Assembly (NCBI GenBank): GCA_038087875.1
Contig: CM075981.1
Location: 744,001-808,000 of the forward strand
DNA: 64,000 nt
Direction of reading: 5' to 3'
Origin: Malacoraja senta
Taxonomy: Eukaryota
Shown piece after piece: positions 12,332 to 26,599 of the stretch (position 1 is its first letter; each line of letters opens with the position of its first letter). Both the position numbers and the translations under genes were made by a program. The notes below the pieces were generated by a model that was given only the letters and a program-made list of their open reading frames with translations, did not search any database and was not told where the DNA came from.

Positions 12332-15096
12332 GTAAATCATTGTTTTACAAAATGCTCTGTTCTTTAGAATTATTTACTAGCGCCTTGAATTATTTGTAAC
12401 CAAGAACCTCTCTGTATTGTGTGGGGAGCTGATGATAAATTGCTCAACACTCGTTAGTTCCTGTAGAGACTTCCATCAGCGGTTGTTGTCATGTTGTGTG
12501 CAGCCAAATCGCACCCAGCTAGCTCCCTGTGCAGAAGGGAGATAACTACCTACAGCTTGCCTGGCCTTGTGGACCTCATTGAAACTTACCAAATAGTGAA
12601 AGGCCTGGACAGAGTGGATGGGGTGAGGATGTTTCCACTAGGCACTCCCTCCACGCACTGCAATAGGAAATGTTGAACCTAAACCTAAGCATATTCAAAG
12701 AAAAAACCTGTGAAATCCAGCCATTGGGAACAGGCGGACATCTCAAATGAAGTAGCACCAGAGTGACTGTCCAATTTAGCATTTGGAGAAGTTGTGGTAA
12801 TCTCTCCCTTCTGATAAAAAACTGCTGCCTAACAACAGGCTCTGCTGCTCGAGCTGTTGTTCACACCGTGCTTTCCCCAGCCTCTGAGTTCTCCTCCAAG
12901 GTATTTGTCTTGTGGCCTGTGAGCAGACCTGCACTGATCTGATGATGTGTCTCCACCCCAGCTCCTGAATCTGCAGAGTTTCACATGTGTTAGAGACATA
13001 GAGTGATACAGTGGAAACAGGCCCTTAGGCCCAACTTGCCCACACCGGCCAACATGTCTCAGCAACACTCCATACACCCACCAGCCTTTGTGTGAAAAAG
13101 ACACCTCATGATTGTTCCAGGTGGACGTGGAGTTTGAAACATCAGTGGCAGATCCAGCTTCCTCCACATGCCGGGAAGTTTAGTTCAATGGGGCACAAAG
13201 TGCTGGCGTAACTCAGTAGGTCAGGCAGTATCTCATGATCTTGACTTGAAACGTCACCTATCCATGTTCTCCACAGATGCTGCCTGACCTGCTGAGTCAC
13301 CACAGGGAACTGGATATTCAGCTTTAGTAAAACACAAAGTGCTGGAGTAACACTGCAGGTCAAGTTGCATCTCATGGTGACTTTCCTTTAGTGACTTTAG
13401 AGATACAGCACAGAAACAGACCCATTGGTCCATCAAGTCCACACCAACCAGCGATCACACGGCACAGTAACACTATCCAACACACGAGGAACAAATTACA
13501 ATTTAAAACATTTTTTTTTTTTTTTTTTTTTTAATATTTTAATTTTATTAGAAGTAAGTACAATTGTATACAATCATATTTTCATAATACCTTTTATGTA
13601 CAGCTTCTTATTTAAAAAAAAAATTGTAATAAAGAAGAAAAAGAAAAAAGTTAGATAATGAAAAATAGAAAAATGTGAGATATATAGTGTGTGAAAAAGA
13701 AAAATAAAGATTGAAAAAAGAAAGTTGAGACATAGAAAATAGAAGAAAGAGAATAAAAGAAGAGAAGAGAAGAAAAGAAAATAGAAGTAAGGAGATCATT
13801 TATAATCTTGACCATCCGCAGTCACGGATTAGCTTTTACACCTGTTTTGCACCATATGTTTCCAAAAAGACAACAAATGGAGACCAACGTTATGAATTTG
13901 TTCAAATTTATCTATTAGGAGGAATCGCATTTCCTCAAGATGTGCGGTATCCAACATACTTGCAATCCACATTTTGAGCGTTGGTATTGGTGTATTTTTC
14001 CAAAATTTCAATATTATTTTTTTTGCTATTATTAAACCATAATTAAAAATTGACTTTTGAGATGAGCTCAATTTGTTCCCGTCTTCCATTACCCCAAATA
14101 TAATCAATTCATTATTGGGTTCCATTTTTGTCTTAAATAGTTTTGTAAATATTTTGAAAATATCACTCCAAAATCCATGAAGTTTTATACAAGAAACAAA
14201 AGAGTGTGTTATAGTTGCGTCTTGGGTTAAACATTTATCGCAAGTGGGCGATATATTTGGATAAAATTTATTTAATCTTGTTTTTGAGTAATATAATCTA
14301 TGTAAAATTTTAAATTGGATTAGATTATGTCTTGCGTTAATCGAACACTTGTGAATGTATGTCAAATACTTTTCCCATGTAGCCTTCGTAATTTTTATCA
14401 ATAATTCCCATTCCCACTCTTCTCTAATTACCTCGGTCACAGGTAAATCTATATTTAAGATACTATTATATAAATATGATATTAATTTTTGTGTATCAGC
14501 TTTTATATTCATTACTTCTTCTAGTAAATCAGGAGTTATTTTTTGATATCCCTGTATTACAAATCTGAAAATATTTAAAATAATGAGTGTTTTTCAGTTT
14601 AAATTTTAATTGTAATTGTTGAAATGATAATAAATCTCCCATTTCATACATGTCCCCGATCCTTTTAATTCTTAAACTTTCCCATTGATTATATATTTTA
14701 TCCATCATAGATGGTTTAAATAAAGGATTATTCGCTATCGGTGTTAACAATGATAGGTTTCTTAATTTTAAGGATAATTTTATTTGTTTCCATATTCTTA
14801 TTGTATCTTGTATAATTGGGTTTTTCTTATATATTGTATTGTTCATTTTTTTCGGGGAGAAGAGGATTGTTCCTATATTACAAGGATAACAATCCTCTTT
14901 CTCCATTTTTATCCATTCTGTCTGTTGAGTTGAACTATCCAACCAGTAAATTATATTCTTAATATGTATTGCCCAATAAATAGTAATACAAAAAATTTGG
15001 GAGTGAAAGTCCCCCGACATCTTTTGGTTTACATAAGTGTTCTTTTTTAATTCTATGTGAATTATAATCCCAAACAAAATTAGTAATATTAGCGTT

Positions 15097-15257
15097 AAAG
15101 AAGGAACTGCAGATGCTGGAAAATCGAAGGTACACAAAAATGCTGGAGAAACTCAGCGGGTGCAGCAGCATCTATGGAGCGAAGGAAATAGGTAACGTTT
15201 CCTTCGCTCCATAGATGCTGCTGCACCCGCTGAGTTTCTCCAGCATTTTTGTGTACC
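15097..15257. mobile_element. Penelope-derived foldback element: perfect 60-bp hairpin with 17-bp target-site duplication
   Basis: Arms 15129-15188 and 15198-15257 are exact reverse complements; TTAGTAATATTAGCGTT at 15080-15096 and 15258-15274. Confidence 0.85.
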
Positions 15258-15334
15258 TTAGTAATATTAGCGTTCAGTTTAGAAAAAAAATATTTTGGTA
15301 CATATACTGGTATAGATTGAAATAGGTATAATAA

Positions 15335-16750
15335 ACCCAATTATAAATAGCACAATTAGAACATGGAAACAAATAAAACAGAATCTAAAATTAAGAAACC
15401 TATCTCTCTCAATACCAATAGTTAATAACCCATCGTTTAAACCTTCAACCATAGACAAATCATTTATACAATGGGAAAGAATGGGAATCAAAACGCTCGA
15501 AGATCTGCATGAATTGGGAAAATTACTATCATTTCAACAACCACAACTGAAATATAATTTGAAAAATAATCAATATTTTAAATATCTACAAATTCGTGAT
15601 TACCTGAAAAAATACACAAAAGACATACATAATATGCCTTCCGACTTACTAGATGAAGCAATGAAGACAAAGGCGGAATCAGCTAATCTAATATCGTACT
15701 TATATAATATAATTTTAAACATAGAAATACCCACAACAGATGGAATTAGAAGAGACTGGGAACAAGAATTAGCTATAAAAATTTCAAAAGAGAGCTGGGA
15801 TAACCATTTACTACAGGTGCATAAATGTTCGATCAACGTACGACATACGCTCATCCAATTCAAAACATTACATAGACTATATTATTCAAAAACTAAATTA
15901 AATAAAATCTTTCCTAATGTTTCACCAATCTGTGATAAATGTCTATGTCAAGAAGCTACCATAGCGCATTCTTTTGTTTTTTGTACAAAAATCCAAAAAT
16001 TCTGGTATGAAATATTTGATATTTTCTCAAAATTAATTAAAATAAAACTGGTACCAAAACCAGAATGGATCATTTTTGGAATATCGGAAGGTATCCCTGA
16101 ATTAAACGTGTATCAGAAGAACTTATTCAATTACGGGCTAATAATGGGAAAAAAGCTCATACTTAAATTCTGGAAAAAAGCGCCCACACCAACAATATAA
16201 ATGTGGACATCAAATATGTTGGAAACATTACATCTGGAAGAGATGAGATTCCTCTTAGCAGGTAAAGCAGACCAATTCCAAAAGACGTGGTCTACGTTTC
16301 TGGACCTATTACAAGCATGAGGTGCAATAGTAATTTAAAAATTAAATAAATAAAGAAATGGTATCAGGACCTGGTAATGGGAGGTAAAACAATAAAAACA
16401 GACTTGGTTGGTGGTTCCCTTTCTGCGATTGTTCCTACTCTCTTTTTCTTTCTTTACTAGGATCTACTTTCTTACTTTACTTCCTTCTCTAACTTCTTTT
16501 CTAAGGGGCTTTCTTTTCACAACACTCTCTTGCACTTCACGACTCTTGCGCACTTTCTTTACTTTTCTTACTTCTATCTTTCTCTTAAAGCTCAAAAAAA
16601 TGAAGCGGTATAAAAAATGTATTAAGATATAAGTGTTGTGTATTACTGTAATTTACCGTACTTCTAATAAAAATAATTTAAAAATAAATTTAAAAAAAAA
16701 AAAAAATTTTAATTAAAAAAATAAAAAAAAAAATTAAAAAAAAAAAAATT
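15335..16750 (+). mobile_element. 5'-truncated L1 inserted antisense inside the host L1
   Basis: ORF2 C-terminus 15481..16200, 3' UTR and poly(A) at ~16690-16748; GGTATAATAA duplicated at 15325-15334 and 16751-16760. Confidence 0.9.
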
Positions 16751-19700
16751 GGTATAATAACTGTGGTAGGAAGCTCATTTTAATAGCATTTATTCTGCCT
16801 ATTAATGATAAAGGGAGTGTTTTCCAAAATTTTATCATTATATTAAGTTTATTTATTAAGGGTATAAAATTGGCATTGAATAAAGCTTTATGTTTTCTAG
16901 TAATCTGAATACCCAAATATTTGAATTTTTCTGTTGCTATTTTAAAGGGGAATTTCAATAAGTGTGTAGATTCTTGAGGGTTTAGCGTCATGATTTCACT
17001 TTTGTTCCAGTTTATTCTATATCCAGAAAAGGACCCAAATTCCTCTATTAAATTTAATAAATTTGGTATGCTCGTTTGTGAATTTGTTATATATAACAAA
17101 ATATCGTCTGCATACAATGAAATTTTATTATTTGAGTCCCTAGTATTATAACCCTGAATATTCGGATGGCTTCTTATACTTTCAGCCAGAGGTTCTATCA
17201 TAAGGGCAAATAGCAGGGGTGATAAAGCACATCCCTGCCTATTACCCCTTGATAATTGAAATTTTTGAGATAACATGCTGTTAGTTAATATTCTTGCCAT
17301 CGGTTTATCATATAATAATTTCACCCATGCAATAAAATTCTCTCCCATATTAAATTTTTGTAATACTTTGTATAAATACTGCCATTCTACCTGATCAAAT
17401 GCTTTCTCTGCGTCCAAAGAAATAATTGCTAAGTCTTTTTCCTCCACTTTATGTGAGTACATTATATTAAACAGGCGTCTCAAATTATTAAATGAATATC
17501 TTTTGGGTATAAACCCCGTTTGATCAGGGTTTATCAATTTACTAATATATTTGCTTAGTCTTCTAGCTAAAGTCTTTGCTAGAATTTTCTGGTCTGTATT
17601 TAAAAGTGATATAGCTCTATATGAGCCTGGTTCCTCTAGATCTTTATCTTTCTTTGGAATAAGCGTAATACTTGATTCTGCTAATGTTTCAGGTAGTTTA
17701 TTTTCTTTAAAAACGTAAGTATATAAATTAAATAGATAGGGGGTTGTTATCTCATGAAACTTTTAATAAAATTCATTACTAAAACCATCTGGTCCCGGTG
17801 TCTTACCATTTTTCAGCGATTTTATTGTTTCACCTATTTCTTCGATTGTAATTTGCGCTCCTAGTTCTTCTTGTTCCAAAAGGTCAAGTTTTGGTAGATT
17901 ACATTTATCTAAAAAGTTTGTAATTTTACTATCTTCTGTTTTGGTTTTTGATGTGTATAAATTTTGATAAAATTGAGCAAATCTTTTATTTATATCTTTA
18001 GGTAGTGTTAGTAATTCACCATTCTCGGATTTAATTTTATTTATAGTATTTTCCTTTCCCTGTTTTTTCAATTGACGCGCCAACAGCTTATGTGGTTTGT
18101 CACCAAACTCAAAATGTTCCTGTTTTGTAATTTGGAATAATCTTATTACTCTTGCCGAGTGAATTCGGTTAAGTTTAAATTTCAGTAGTATTATCTTATT
18201 ATGTTTATCTATAGTGGGATCTTTAGCATTATCTAACTCTAACTGTCTTATTTCTTGTTCTAACAGCATCTGTTCTGTTTTATTCTTCTTATTTTGAAAA
18301 ATTTCATATGAAATTATAATTCCTCCAATAAATGCTTTAAATGTTTCCCATATTAAAGAAGGTGAGGTACCTGGTGTATCATTTATCTCAAAAAATGATA
18401 TCATTTGTTGTTTCAAATATTGATAACCCTGTAAGTCATTTAATATATATATGTATTAAACCTCCAAAAAAAATTCTTTCCCGGCATTCCTTCAAATTTT
18501 ACTAAAAAAGTCAATGGAGAGTGATCAGAAATACTACTAATATGGTAAGTTGGGTTAATTATATATGGCATTAATTTCCTATCCACTAAAAAATAATCAA
18601 TTCTTGAGTATGTTTTATGTACCGAAGAGTAAAACGAGTATTCCCTTCCTGCTGGGTTAGCGGATCTCCATACATCTGTTATGTTAGTATTTTTTATATA
18701 TGTATTTAGAAATTCACTAGTCTTAGATTTTATATTACTCCTTCTTTGTTTTGCTGATTTGTCTAAGTATGGATCTAAAACACAGTTGAAATCCCCTCCT
18801 ATTATGACATTTTGATAATTAAACTCCAGTATTATATCTATAATTTTCTCAAAGAATTGAGGGTTATCAAAATTCGGAGCGTAAATATTTACCATAGTTA
18901 TTGGGGTAGCATAAATTTCTCCCGAAACTATGATATACCTTCCCTCTTTATCTGATATAGTATTCTTTAATTTGAACGGTATACCTTTTCGAATAAGAAT
19001 AGCCGTACCTCTAGATTTAGAAGTAAATGACGAATAATATGTTTGGCCTATCCACTTCGCCTTTAATCTCATTTGTGTTTCCTGTTTCATGTGAGTTTCT
19101 TGCAAGTAAATGATGTCGCTTTTCAAAGATTTTAGGTGAGCAAAAATTTTACCCCTCTTTATTGGTTCATTGGCACCCCTTATATTCCAACTACAGAATG
19201 TGATTCCTCCATTCTTTATTTGCCTATCGTCTTGCATTGTATATCAAAGTAATATTCTTGAAATATATGGTGCAAACAAATACCTCCGTGTTCTGGACGT
19301 TGGTTGGTCATTCCAAATTTTTAAGTTTACCAAAGTTCTCCAAAAGTGCCTTAGATAAAGCAAGAAAAGTTGTGATTTACAATTAATTAAACACAAACTA
19401 AGTAAATACAAATTTGTATAGTGATTTAAAAAAAAAAGTGAAATTAAGGTATCTAAAAGCAGGTACCTTAAAGACAAATAGCCACCTAAGGTGGCGTAAG
19501 AATTATAGACTTCCGTTGATGTTATTTTACAGTGAGCCCCAATCGCTTATTAACACCTCGTAAAAAAACTACAAACCGTCTCATATCTTGTTTATTCTTG
19601 TATAACTTTAACAAACTAGCGTTAGTAAAAAGCCCCCCCAAAAAAAAAATAATAATAATAATAATAATAACAAAAATACGCAAAGATAAAATATTAAAAA

Positions 19701-20187
19701 GTTAAAAAAAATAATGTAATTAAACCCCAAATCCAAATATAAACCACAACGTATTCTCATTTCTATAAGTATTTGTACCGTACCAATTTATCTAACCAGC
19801 TACCCTACAAGCAGGTACCGAGGGGTTAACATCATTCCTGGATTTTTGCCAAGTTTATGTTGCGTTCCCACTCAAAAAGAAAGAAAAAAAATGTTAGAAA
19901 TGTTATAGACATTTTGGTTAAGCCAATGGTTTATTCATGATTATTCATATTTACTACACACACTCACAAGTCATTAGTTTTGTTAAAGTTAGTTAGTTAA
20001 TTGTAATTAGCATATAATAGTTAGATATTAATGTTATCTCGTCCCTGTTCTTTGTACAAGAGCTTTTCATTCAAGGTTAAACAATGTTCTCAAATACACA
20101 TTCCAGACAGATAAGCTCAGTAACTGTCTGAAAAATCCACCAGTTCCAGCTCCATCTTAAAAATTAAAAAGTTCCTTGTTCTTTCCT

Positions 20188-21214
20188 TTAGTCGTCTTCT
20201 TCCGATGTTTCCGATGCTTTCCTCATGATATCTTCTGCATATTTAAATGCTTTTTCTGGGTCCGTAAATGAGCGCTCAATTCCCTTACAAGTAATTTTCA
20301 TTTTTGCTGGGAAAACAACTCCATATCTGACTTTAGAAATACCCCTCAATATGTTTCTTGTCGGTGTAAACAAGTTCATTCTCTGGACAATCTCTGGAGG
20401 ATAATCACGGAAAAATCTGATCTTTTCCTCACGATATATCAAATTTTCACCATGAACAATCTTCTTCAGTATAGATTCCACTGAAGAAATATCAAGAAAT
20501 TTCACAATTTTCTGTCTTGGAGCAGCATTTATGCCTCTTGAGACACGTCCAACTCGTTGAACAGTATCTATTCTTAGTTCTTCCGGCAGTTTAAAAACCT
20601 CTTTGAGTAATTCAGTAACGAAAGTACGTGTTTGAGATACATGTTCTTCTCGTCCTTCTCTTGCTCCAACGATTCTCAAATTCTGCCTTCTCGCTCTCGC
20701 TTCCAAGTCCAAACATTTGTCAGTCATTCTTGCCAGCTTTTCTGCTTCATCTTTCTTTGATTTTTTCAGACTGTTTACTTCCATGATCATCTCTTTCATA
20801 TCACTTTCCATCTCTTCCATTCTCTCGTCAATGTTGTCCATCTTAGCATTTACACCAACAAATTTCTTATTATAGTCCTTTTCAATTCTAACAATTTCTG
20901 AGTTAAGTTTTTTTATCAAACTCATTATGTTGCTTCTTCAGCTCCTTTAACTCATCACAGGCACCATCAATTTTATGAGAGAATATTTCCATATTATTCT
21001 CCATACTCTTAATTGTAGTAGTAATTTCTACAAACATTTCCTTTACCTCCAGTTCTTTCTTTCCTCCTTTTGTAGCCATTTCCAGCACAACTCCTTGGCT
21101 ATCGGACTCCTCCTCGGAGCCTTCTTCAGTTGTTTGCAGAGTATCCAAAACACTTTTCAGCTGGAGGCTTATAGTGGCTTTTTTTGGTGCGTGTGAACAA
21201 GTCCCCTTGCTCAT
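20188..21214 (-). pseudogene. L1 ORF1 (coiled coil, RRM, CTD), frameshifted
   Basis: ORFs 20903..21214 and 20188..20925 with DLEARARRQNLRIVG and FRDYPPE motifs. Confidence 0.88.
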
Positions 21215-21764
21215 TTAAAAGTCCCGATTTTTACCGCGATTTTGCCGCGATTTAACGTCGTTATCTGATGATGTTTTCCTTATGCAAACCAAGCAGCTCC
21301 GTTGAGTTATTTTTAACTTTAAAACGGCTTTTTGATCATTTTTACGGGAGTAGAGCTCACTGCAGCGCCCTTTTTTTAAACAATTTTAACGAAAGCCAAT
21401 TAACCTACAAACCTGCACATCTTTGGACTGTGGGAGGAAACTGGAGCACCTGGAGAAAGCCCACGCTGTCACGGGGAGAACGTGCAAACTCCTTACAGAC
21501 AGCACCCGAGGTCAGGATGAAACATGGGTCTCTGGCCCTGTAAGGCAGCAACTCTACCACTGTGCCACCATGTCTCTACCTGTAACATTACCTATCCAAG
21601 TTCTCCAGCGATGTTGCCTGACCTGCTGAGCCATCGCAGGCTATTCAGCTTTAGTAAAGCACAAAGTGCTGGAGTAAATCAGCAGATCAGGCAGCATCTC
21701 TGGAGAACATGGATAGGTGACATTTATGGTTGAGACCTGAATAAGGGCTGGCCATTTAGATACA

Positions 21765-24700
21765 TATATACATAGAAAATAGGTGCAGGAGTAGGCCATT
21801 CGGCCCTTCGAGCCTGCACCGCCATTCAATATGATCATGGCTGATCATCCAACTCAGTATCCCCTACCTGCCTTCTCTCCATACCCCCTGATCCCCTTAG
21901 CCACAAGGGCCACATCTAACTCCCTCTTAAATATAGCCAATGAACTGGCCTCAACTACCCTCTGTGGCAGAGAGTTCCAGAGATTCACCACTCTCTGTGT
22001 GAAAAAGTTTTTCCTCATCTCGGTCTTAAAGGATTCCCCCCTTATCCTTAAGCTGTGACCCCTTGTCCTGGACTTCCCCAACATCGGGAACAATCTTCCT
22101 GCATCTAGCCTGTCCAACCCCATAAGAATTTTGTACATTTCTATAAGATCCCCTCTCAATCTCCTAAATTCTAGCGAGTATAAGCCAAGTCTATCCAGTC
22201 TTTCTTCATATGAAAGTCCTGACATCCCAGGAATCAGTCTGGTGAACCTTCTCTGCACTCCCTCTATGGCTATAATGTCCTTCCTCAGATTTGGAGACCA
22301 AAACTGTACGCAATACTCCAGGTGTGGTCTCACCAAGACCCTGTACAACTGCAGTAGAACCTCCCTGCTCCTATACTCAAATACTCTTGCTATGAAGGCC
22401 AACATACCATTCGCTTTCTTCACTGCCTGCTGCACCTGCATGCCTACTTTCAATGACTGGTGTACCATGACACCCAGGTCTCGCTGCATCTCCCCATTTC
22501 CTAATCGGCCACCATTTAGATAATAGTCTGCCTTCCCGTTTTTGCCACCAAAGTGGATAACCTCACATTTATCCACATTATACTGCATCTGCCAAACATT
22601 TGACCACTCACCCAGCCTATCCAAGTCACCTTGCAGTCTCCTAGCATCCTCCTCACAGCTAACACTGCCCTCCAGCTTAGTGTCATCCGCAAACTTGGAG
22701 ATGTTGCTTTCAATTCCCTCATCCAGATCATTAATATAAATTGTAAATAGCTGGGGTCCCAGCACTGAGCCTTGCGGTACCCCACTAGTCACTGCCTGCC
22801 ATTGTGAAAAGGACCCGTTTACTCCTACTCTTTGCTTCCTGTTTGTCAGCCAGTTCTCTATCCACATCAATACTGAACCCCCAATACCGTGTGATTTAAG
22901 TTTGTATCCTAATCTCTTATGTGGTACCTTGTCGAAAGCCTTCTGAAAGTCCAGATACAACACATCCACTGGTTCTCCCCTATCCACTCTACTAGTTACA
23001 TCCTCGAAAAATTCTATGAGATTCGTCAGACACGATTTATCTTTCGTAAATCCATGCTGACTTTGTACAATGATTTCACCACTTTCCAAATGTGCTGCTA
23101 TCCCATCTTTAATAACTAGCAGTTTCCCCACTACCGATGTTAGACTAACTGGTTTGTAATACCCCATTTTCTCTCTCCGTCCCTTCTTAAAAAGTGGGGT
23201 TACGTTTGCTACCCTCCAATCCTCAGGAACTACTCCAGAATCTAAAGAGTTTTGAAAAATTATCACTAATGCATCCACTATTTCTGGAGCTACTTCCTTA
23301 ACTACTCTGGGATGCAGCCTATCTGGCCCTGGTGATTTATCGGCCTTTAATCCATTCAATTTACCCAACACCACTTTCCGACTAACCTGGATTTCACTCA
23401 GTTCCTCCCTCGTTTGACCCGCGGCCCCCTGCTATTTCCGGCAGATTATTTATGTCTTCCTTAGTGAAGACGGAACCAAAGTAGTTATTCAATTGGTCCG
23501 CCATATCCTTGTTCCCCATGATCAATTCACCTGTTTCTGACTGCAAGGGACCTACATTTGTTTTAACTAATCTCTTTCTCTTCACATATCTATAAAAACT
23601 TTTGCAGTCAGTTTTTATGTTCCCTGCCAGTTTCCTTTCATAATCTACTTTCCCTTTCCTAATTAAGCCCTTTGTCCTCCTCTGCTGGTCTCTGAATTTC
23701 TCCCAGTCCTCTGGTATGCTGCTTTTTCTGGCTAATTTGTACGCATCATCTTTTGCTTTGATACTATCCCTGATTTCCCTTGTTATCCACGGATGCACTA
23801 CCTTCCCTGATTTATTCTTTTGCCAAACTGGGATGAACAATTTTTGTAGTTCATCCATGCAGTCTTTAAATGCCTTCCATTGCATATCCACCGTCAACCC
23901 TTTTAGAACTAATTGCCAGTCAATCTTGGCCAATTCACGTCTCATACCCTCAAAGTTACCTTTCTTTAAGTTCAGAACCGTTGTTTCTGAATTAACAATG
24001 TCACTCTCCATCCTAATGAAGAACTCAACCATATTATGGTCACTCTTGCCCAAGGGGGCACGCACAACAAGACTGCTAACTAACCCTTCCTCATTACTCA
24101 ATAGCCAGTCTAGAATAGCCTCCTCTCTCGTTGGTTCCTCTACATGTTGGTTTAGATAACTATCCCTTATACATTCCAAGAAATCCTCTTCCTCAGCACC
24201 CCTGCCAATTTGATTCACCCAATCTATATGTAGATTGAAGTCACCCATTATAACTGTTTTGCCTTTGTTGCACGCATTTCTAATTTCCTGTTTGATGCCA
24301 TCCCCAACTTCACTACTACTGCTAGGTGGCCTGTACACAACACCCACCAGCGTTTTCTGCCCCTTAGTGTTTCGCAGCTCTACCCATACCGATTCCACAT
24401 CCTCCAAGCTAATGTCCTTCCTTTCCACTGCGTTAATCTCCTCTCTAACCAGCAACGCTACCCCACCTCCTTTTCCTTTCTCTCTATCCCTCCTGAATAT
24501 TGAATATCCCTGGATGTTCAGCTCCCAGCCTTGGTCACCCTGGAGCCATGTCTCCGTGATCCCAACTATATCATAATCATTAATTGCTATCTGCACGTTC
24601 AACATCCACCTTATTACGAATGCTCCTTGCATTGAGACACAAAGCCTTCAGGCTTGTTTTTACAACGCTCTTACCCCTCATACAATTATGTTGAAAAGTG

Positions 24701-25230
24701 GCCCTTTTTGATTTGTCGGCCTACCACTTTTACTTTTCACCTTGATACCTATTGCTTCCGCCCGCATTTTACACCCCTCTGTTTCTCTGCTCACCCATTT
24801 AAGAACCCCACCACCTCTTATTCTCTGTTTATTATTGTTTTCTTCTTTCCCCCCTACATGTTGGGTCTGAGTGCTTTCCTTCTCTGCCTCCTGCCTCACA
24901 CACTGTCTAATAACATTCTCTATTTGACTCCCTCCCCCCAACCATTCTAGTTTAAAGTCTCCCCAGTAGCCTTTGGAGATCTCCCCGCCAGGATATCGGT
25001 CCCCCTCAGGTTCAAGTGCAACCCATCCTTTTTGTACAGGTCGAACCTTCCACAAAAGAGGTCCCAATGATCCAGAAATTTGAATCCCTGCCTTCTGCAC
25101 CAGTCCTTCAGCCACGCATTTATCCTCCACCTCGCTCCATTCCTACTCTCACTGTCGCGTGGCACAGGCAGTAATCCCGAGATTGTTACCTTTGCTGTCC
25201 TTCTCTTTAACTCCCCTCATAACTCCCTAA
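21765..25230 (-). mobile_element. Near-complete CR1-clade LINE (ORF1 esterase remnant, endonuclease, RT)
   Basis: RT ORF 21854..23374 (FADD), endonuclease ORF 23394..24632 (ITETW, GDFN, SDH), SGNH-esterase-like DGLHLN at 24947..25165; one frameshift near 23390. Confidence 0.92.
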
Positions 25231-25905
25231 ATTTAGGACTCAGATGAGGAAAAACCTTTTCACCCACAGAGTTCCACTTTCTCCAGAGATGGTTCCTGAC
25301 CCGTTGAGTTACTTTGTGTCCTTTTGTGTATTAACCAGCATCTGCAGTTCCTTGTTTCTACTAGTTCAATGGAGAAGTGAGTTGTAGTGAGATTGAACAC
25401 AGGGTGGGTCAGCGTGAGAGACAGGTTGGCTTCCTGTCACATGACCACCACTCAGGTCAAGCCACACCCACAGGGAAGGAGGATCTGGGCGCCAGGGAGA
25501 TTCAGAAGCACTTCTGCTTTCACTGGAATTTGGGGAACAATCCCGATGAAATGGGAATTAACACCAGCGGGAAAAGCATGAAAGTGCAACAGGATCTATG
25601 CAAAAGAAGAGAGAGAATCAAAATGCTGGAGTAACTCAGCGGGACGGGCAGCATTTCTGGAGAGAAGGAATGGGTGAGGAAACATCAATCATCAGTTTCT
25701 CCACAGATGCTGCCTGTCCCGCTGAGTTACTCCAGCTCTTTGTGTCTATCTTTGGTGTAAACCAGCACCTGCAGTTCCTTGCTACACATGATCTATGCGA
25801 AACCATGAACCTGTCTGAACAGCACAAATGACATGTTTTTTATTGTTGAACCTCAGCTTGTGTTGCTGCAGTGTGAGTGATCTTTCATCATTAATGTGCC
25901 AACAG

Positions 25906-26229
25906 GGTCAAGGGGAGTAACTGGACCCAAGGAGGTGAGGGGAGAGTTGGGGCAGTCGGTCACTTTGGAATGTCCGTATGGTCGGGAAGACAGTGACAAC
26001 AGGAAACGATGGCTTAAAGGTTATAATTTATGGTCACCTGAGACCGTGGCTTCTACTGATCGCCCACGACAAGGGAGAACATCGATGACTGATAACAAAA
26101 TACCACGAATAGTTTCAGTAACCATCGACAACCTGAAGAAGAGTGACGAAGGACTCTACTGGTGTCAGATAGAAAAGGGAAAACATTTACCCATTGAATC
26201 GACCCCCATCTTATTGAAGGTTTCTGAAG
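25906..26229 (+). CDS. Ig V-set exon V1, CD300/pIgR-like
   Basis: 324 bp, AG|..|GT phase 1/1, open; GQSVTLEC..W..VTIDNLKKSDEGLYWC V-set pattern. Confidence 0.9.
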
Positions 26230-26599
26230 GTACGTTGACGATCTCTCCTCACCCTCCCAGATGTGAAAATTCCAAACTGGAAATGTCCGGCCTCGGTGCT
26301 GACGGTGACTCGGTGCCACGTCCCCAGGGGTCGGGGGGAGGGGGGCGGGGACCTCATTTACTGGGGTCCCAGCCCGTGGCTGTCAGACACCAGCCCCACG
26401 GAAGGTCGCTGCTACCGGCGGTACTGCTGCTGACGGCTTATTTCCCCAAGGACAATCGCTCCGGGACCAGAACCTCTGCCGCCCCCTCACTGGGGCAGGT
26501 GGGGGGAAACCGGCCCCTCACCCACCAGGGTGGAGAAAGGAGTCAAGGGGGCAGGGGAGTGGGTAGGTTAGTAGAAGATACTTAAAACTAGAGAATTCA

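Larger units (their letters stand above)
13829..19237 (-). pseudogene. L1 ORF2 fragments (APE endonuclease, RT, C-terminal zinc knuckle)
   Basis: SWNIRG/YLQETH/GGDFN/SDH (18440..19237), YADD (16734..17537), CDKC..H..C (13829..14512). Confidence 0.9.
13511..21369 (-). mobile_element. Full-length L1-clade LINE in intron 1 of gene A, inserted into a SINE and carrying two nested insertions
   Basis: 5' UTR, ORF1, inter-ORF region, endonuclease-RT-CCHC ORF2 pieces and poly(A) (T-run at 13511-13532); the split SINE halves lie at ~13395-13505 and ~21380-21570. Confidence 0.9.

Noticed and set aside
25896-26585. 229-aa ORF (also 29240..29830 and 43289..43786) as single-exon genes
   Set aside because: Only the 324-bp V exon is coding; the extensions cross clear acceptor and GTACGT donor sites and are not conserved in frame between copies.
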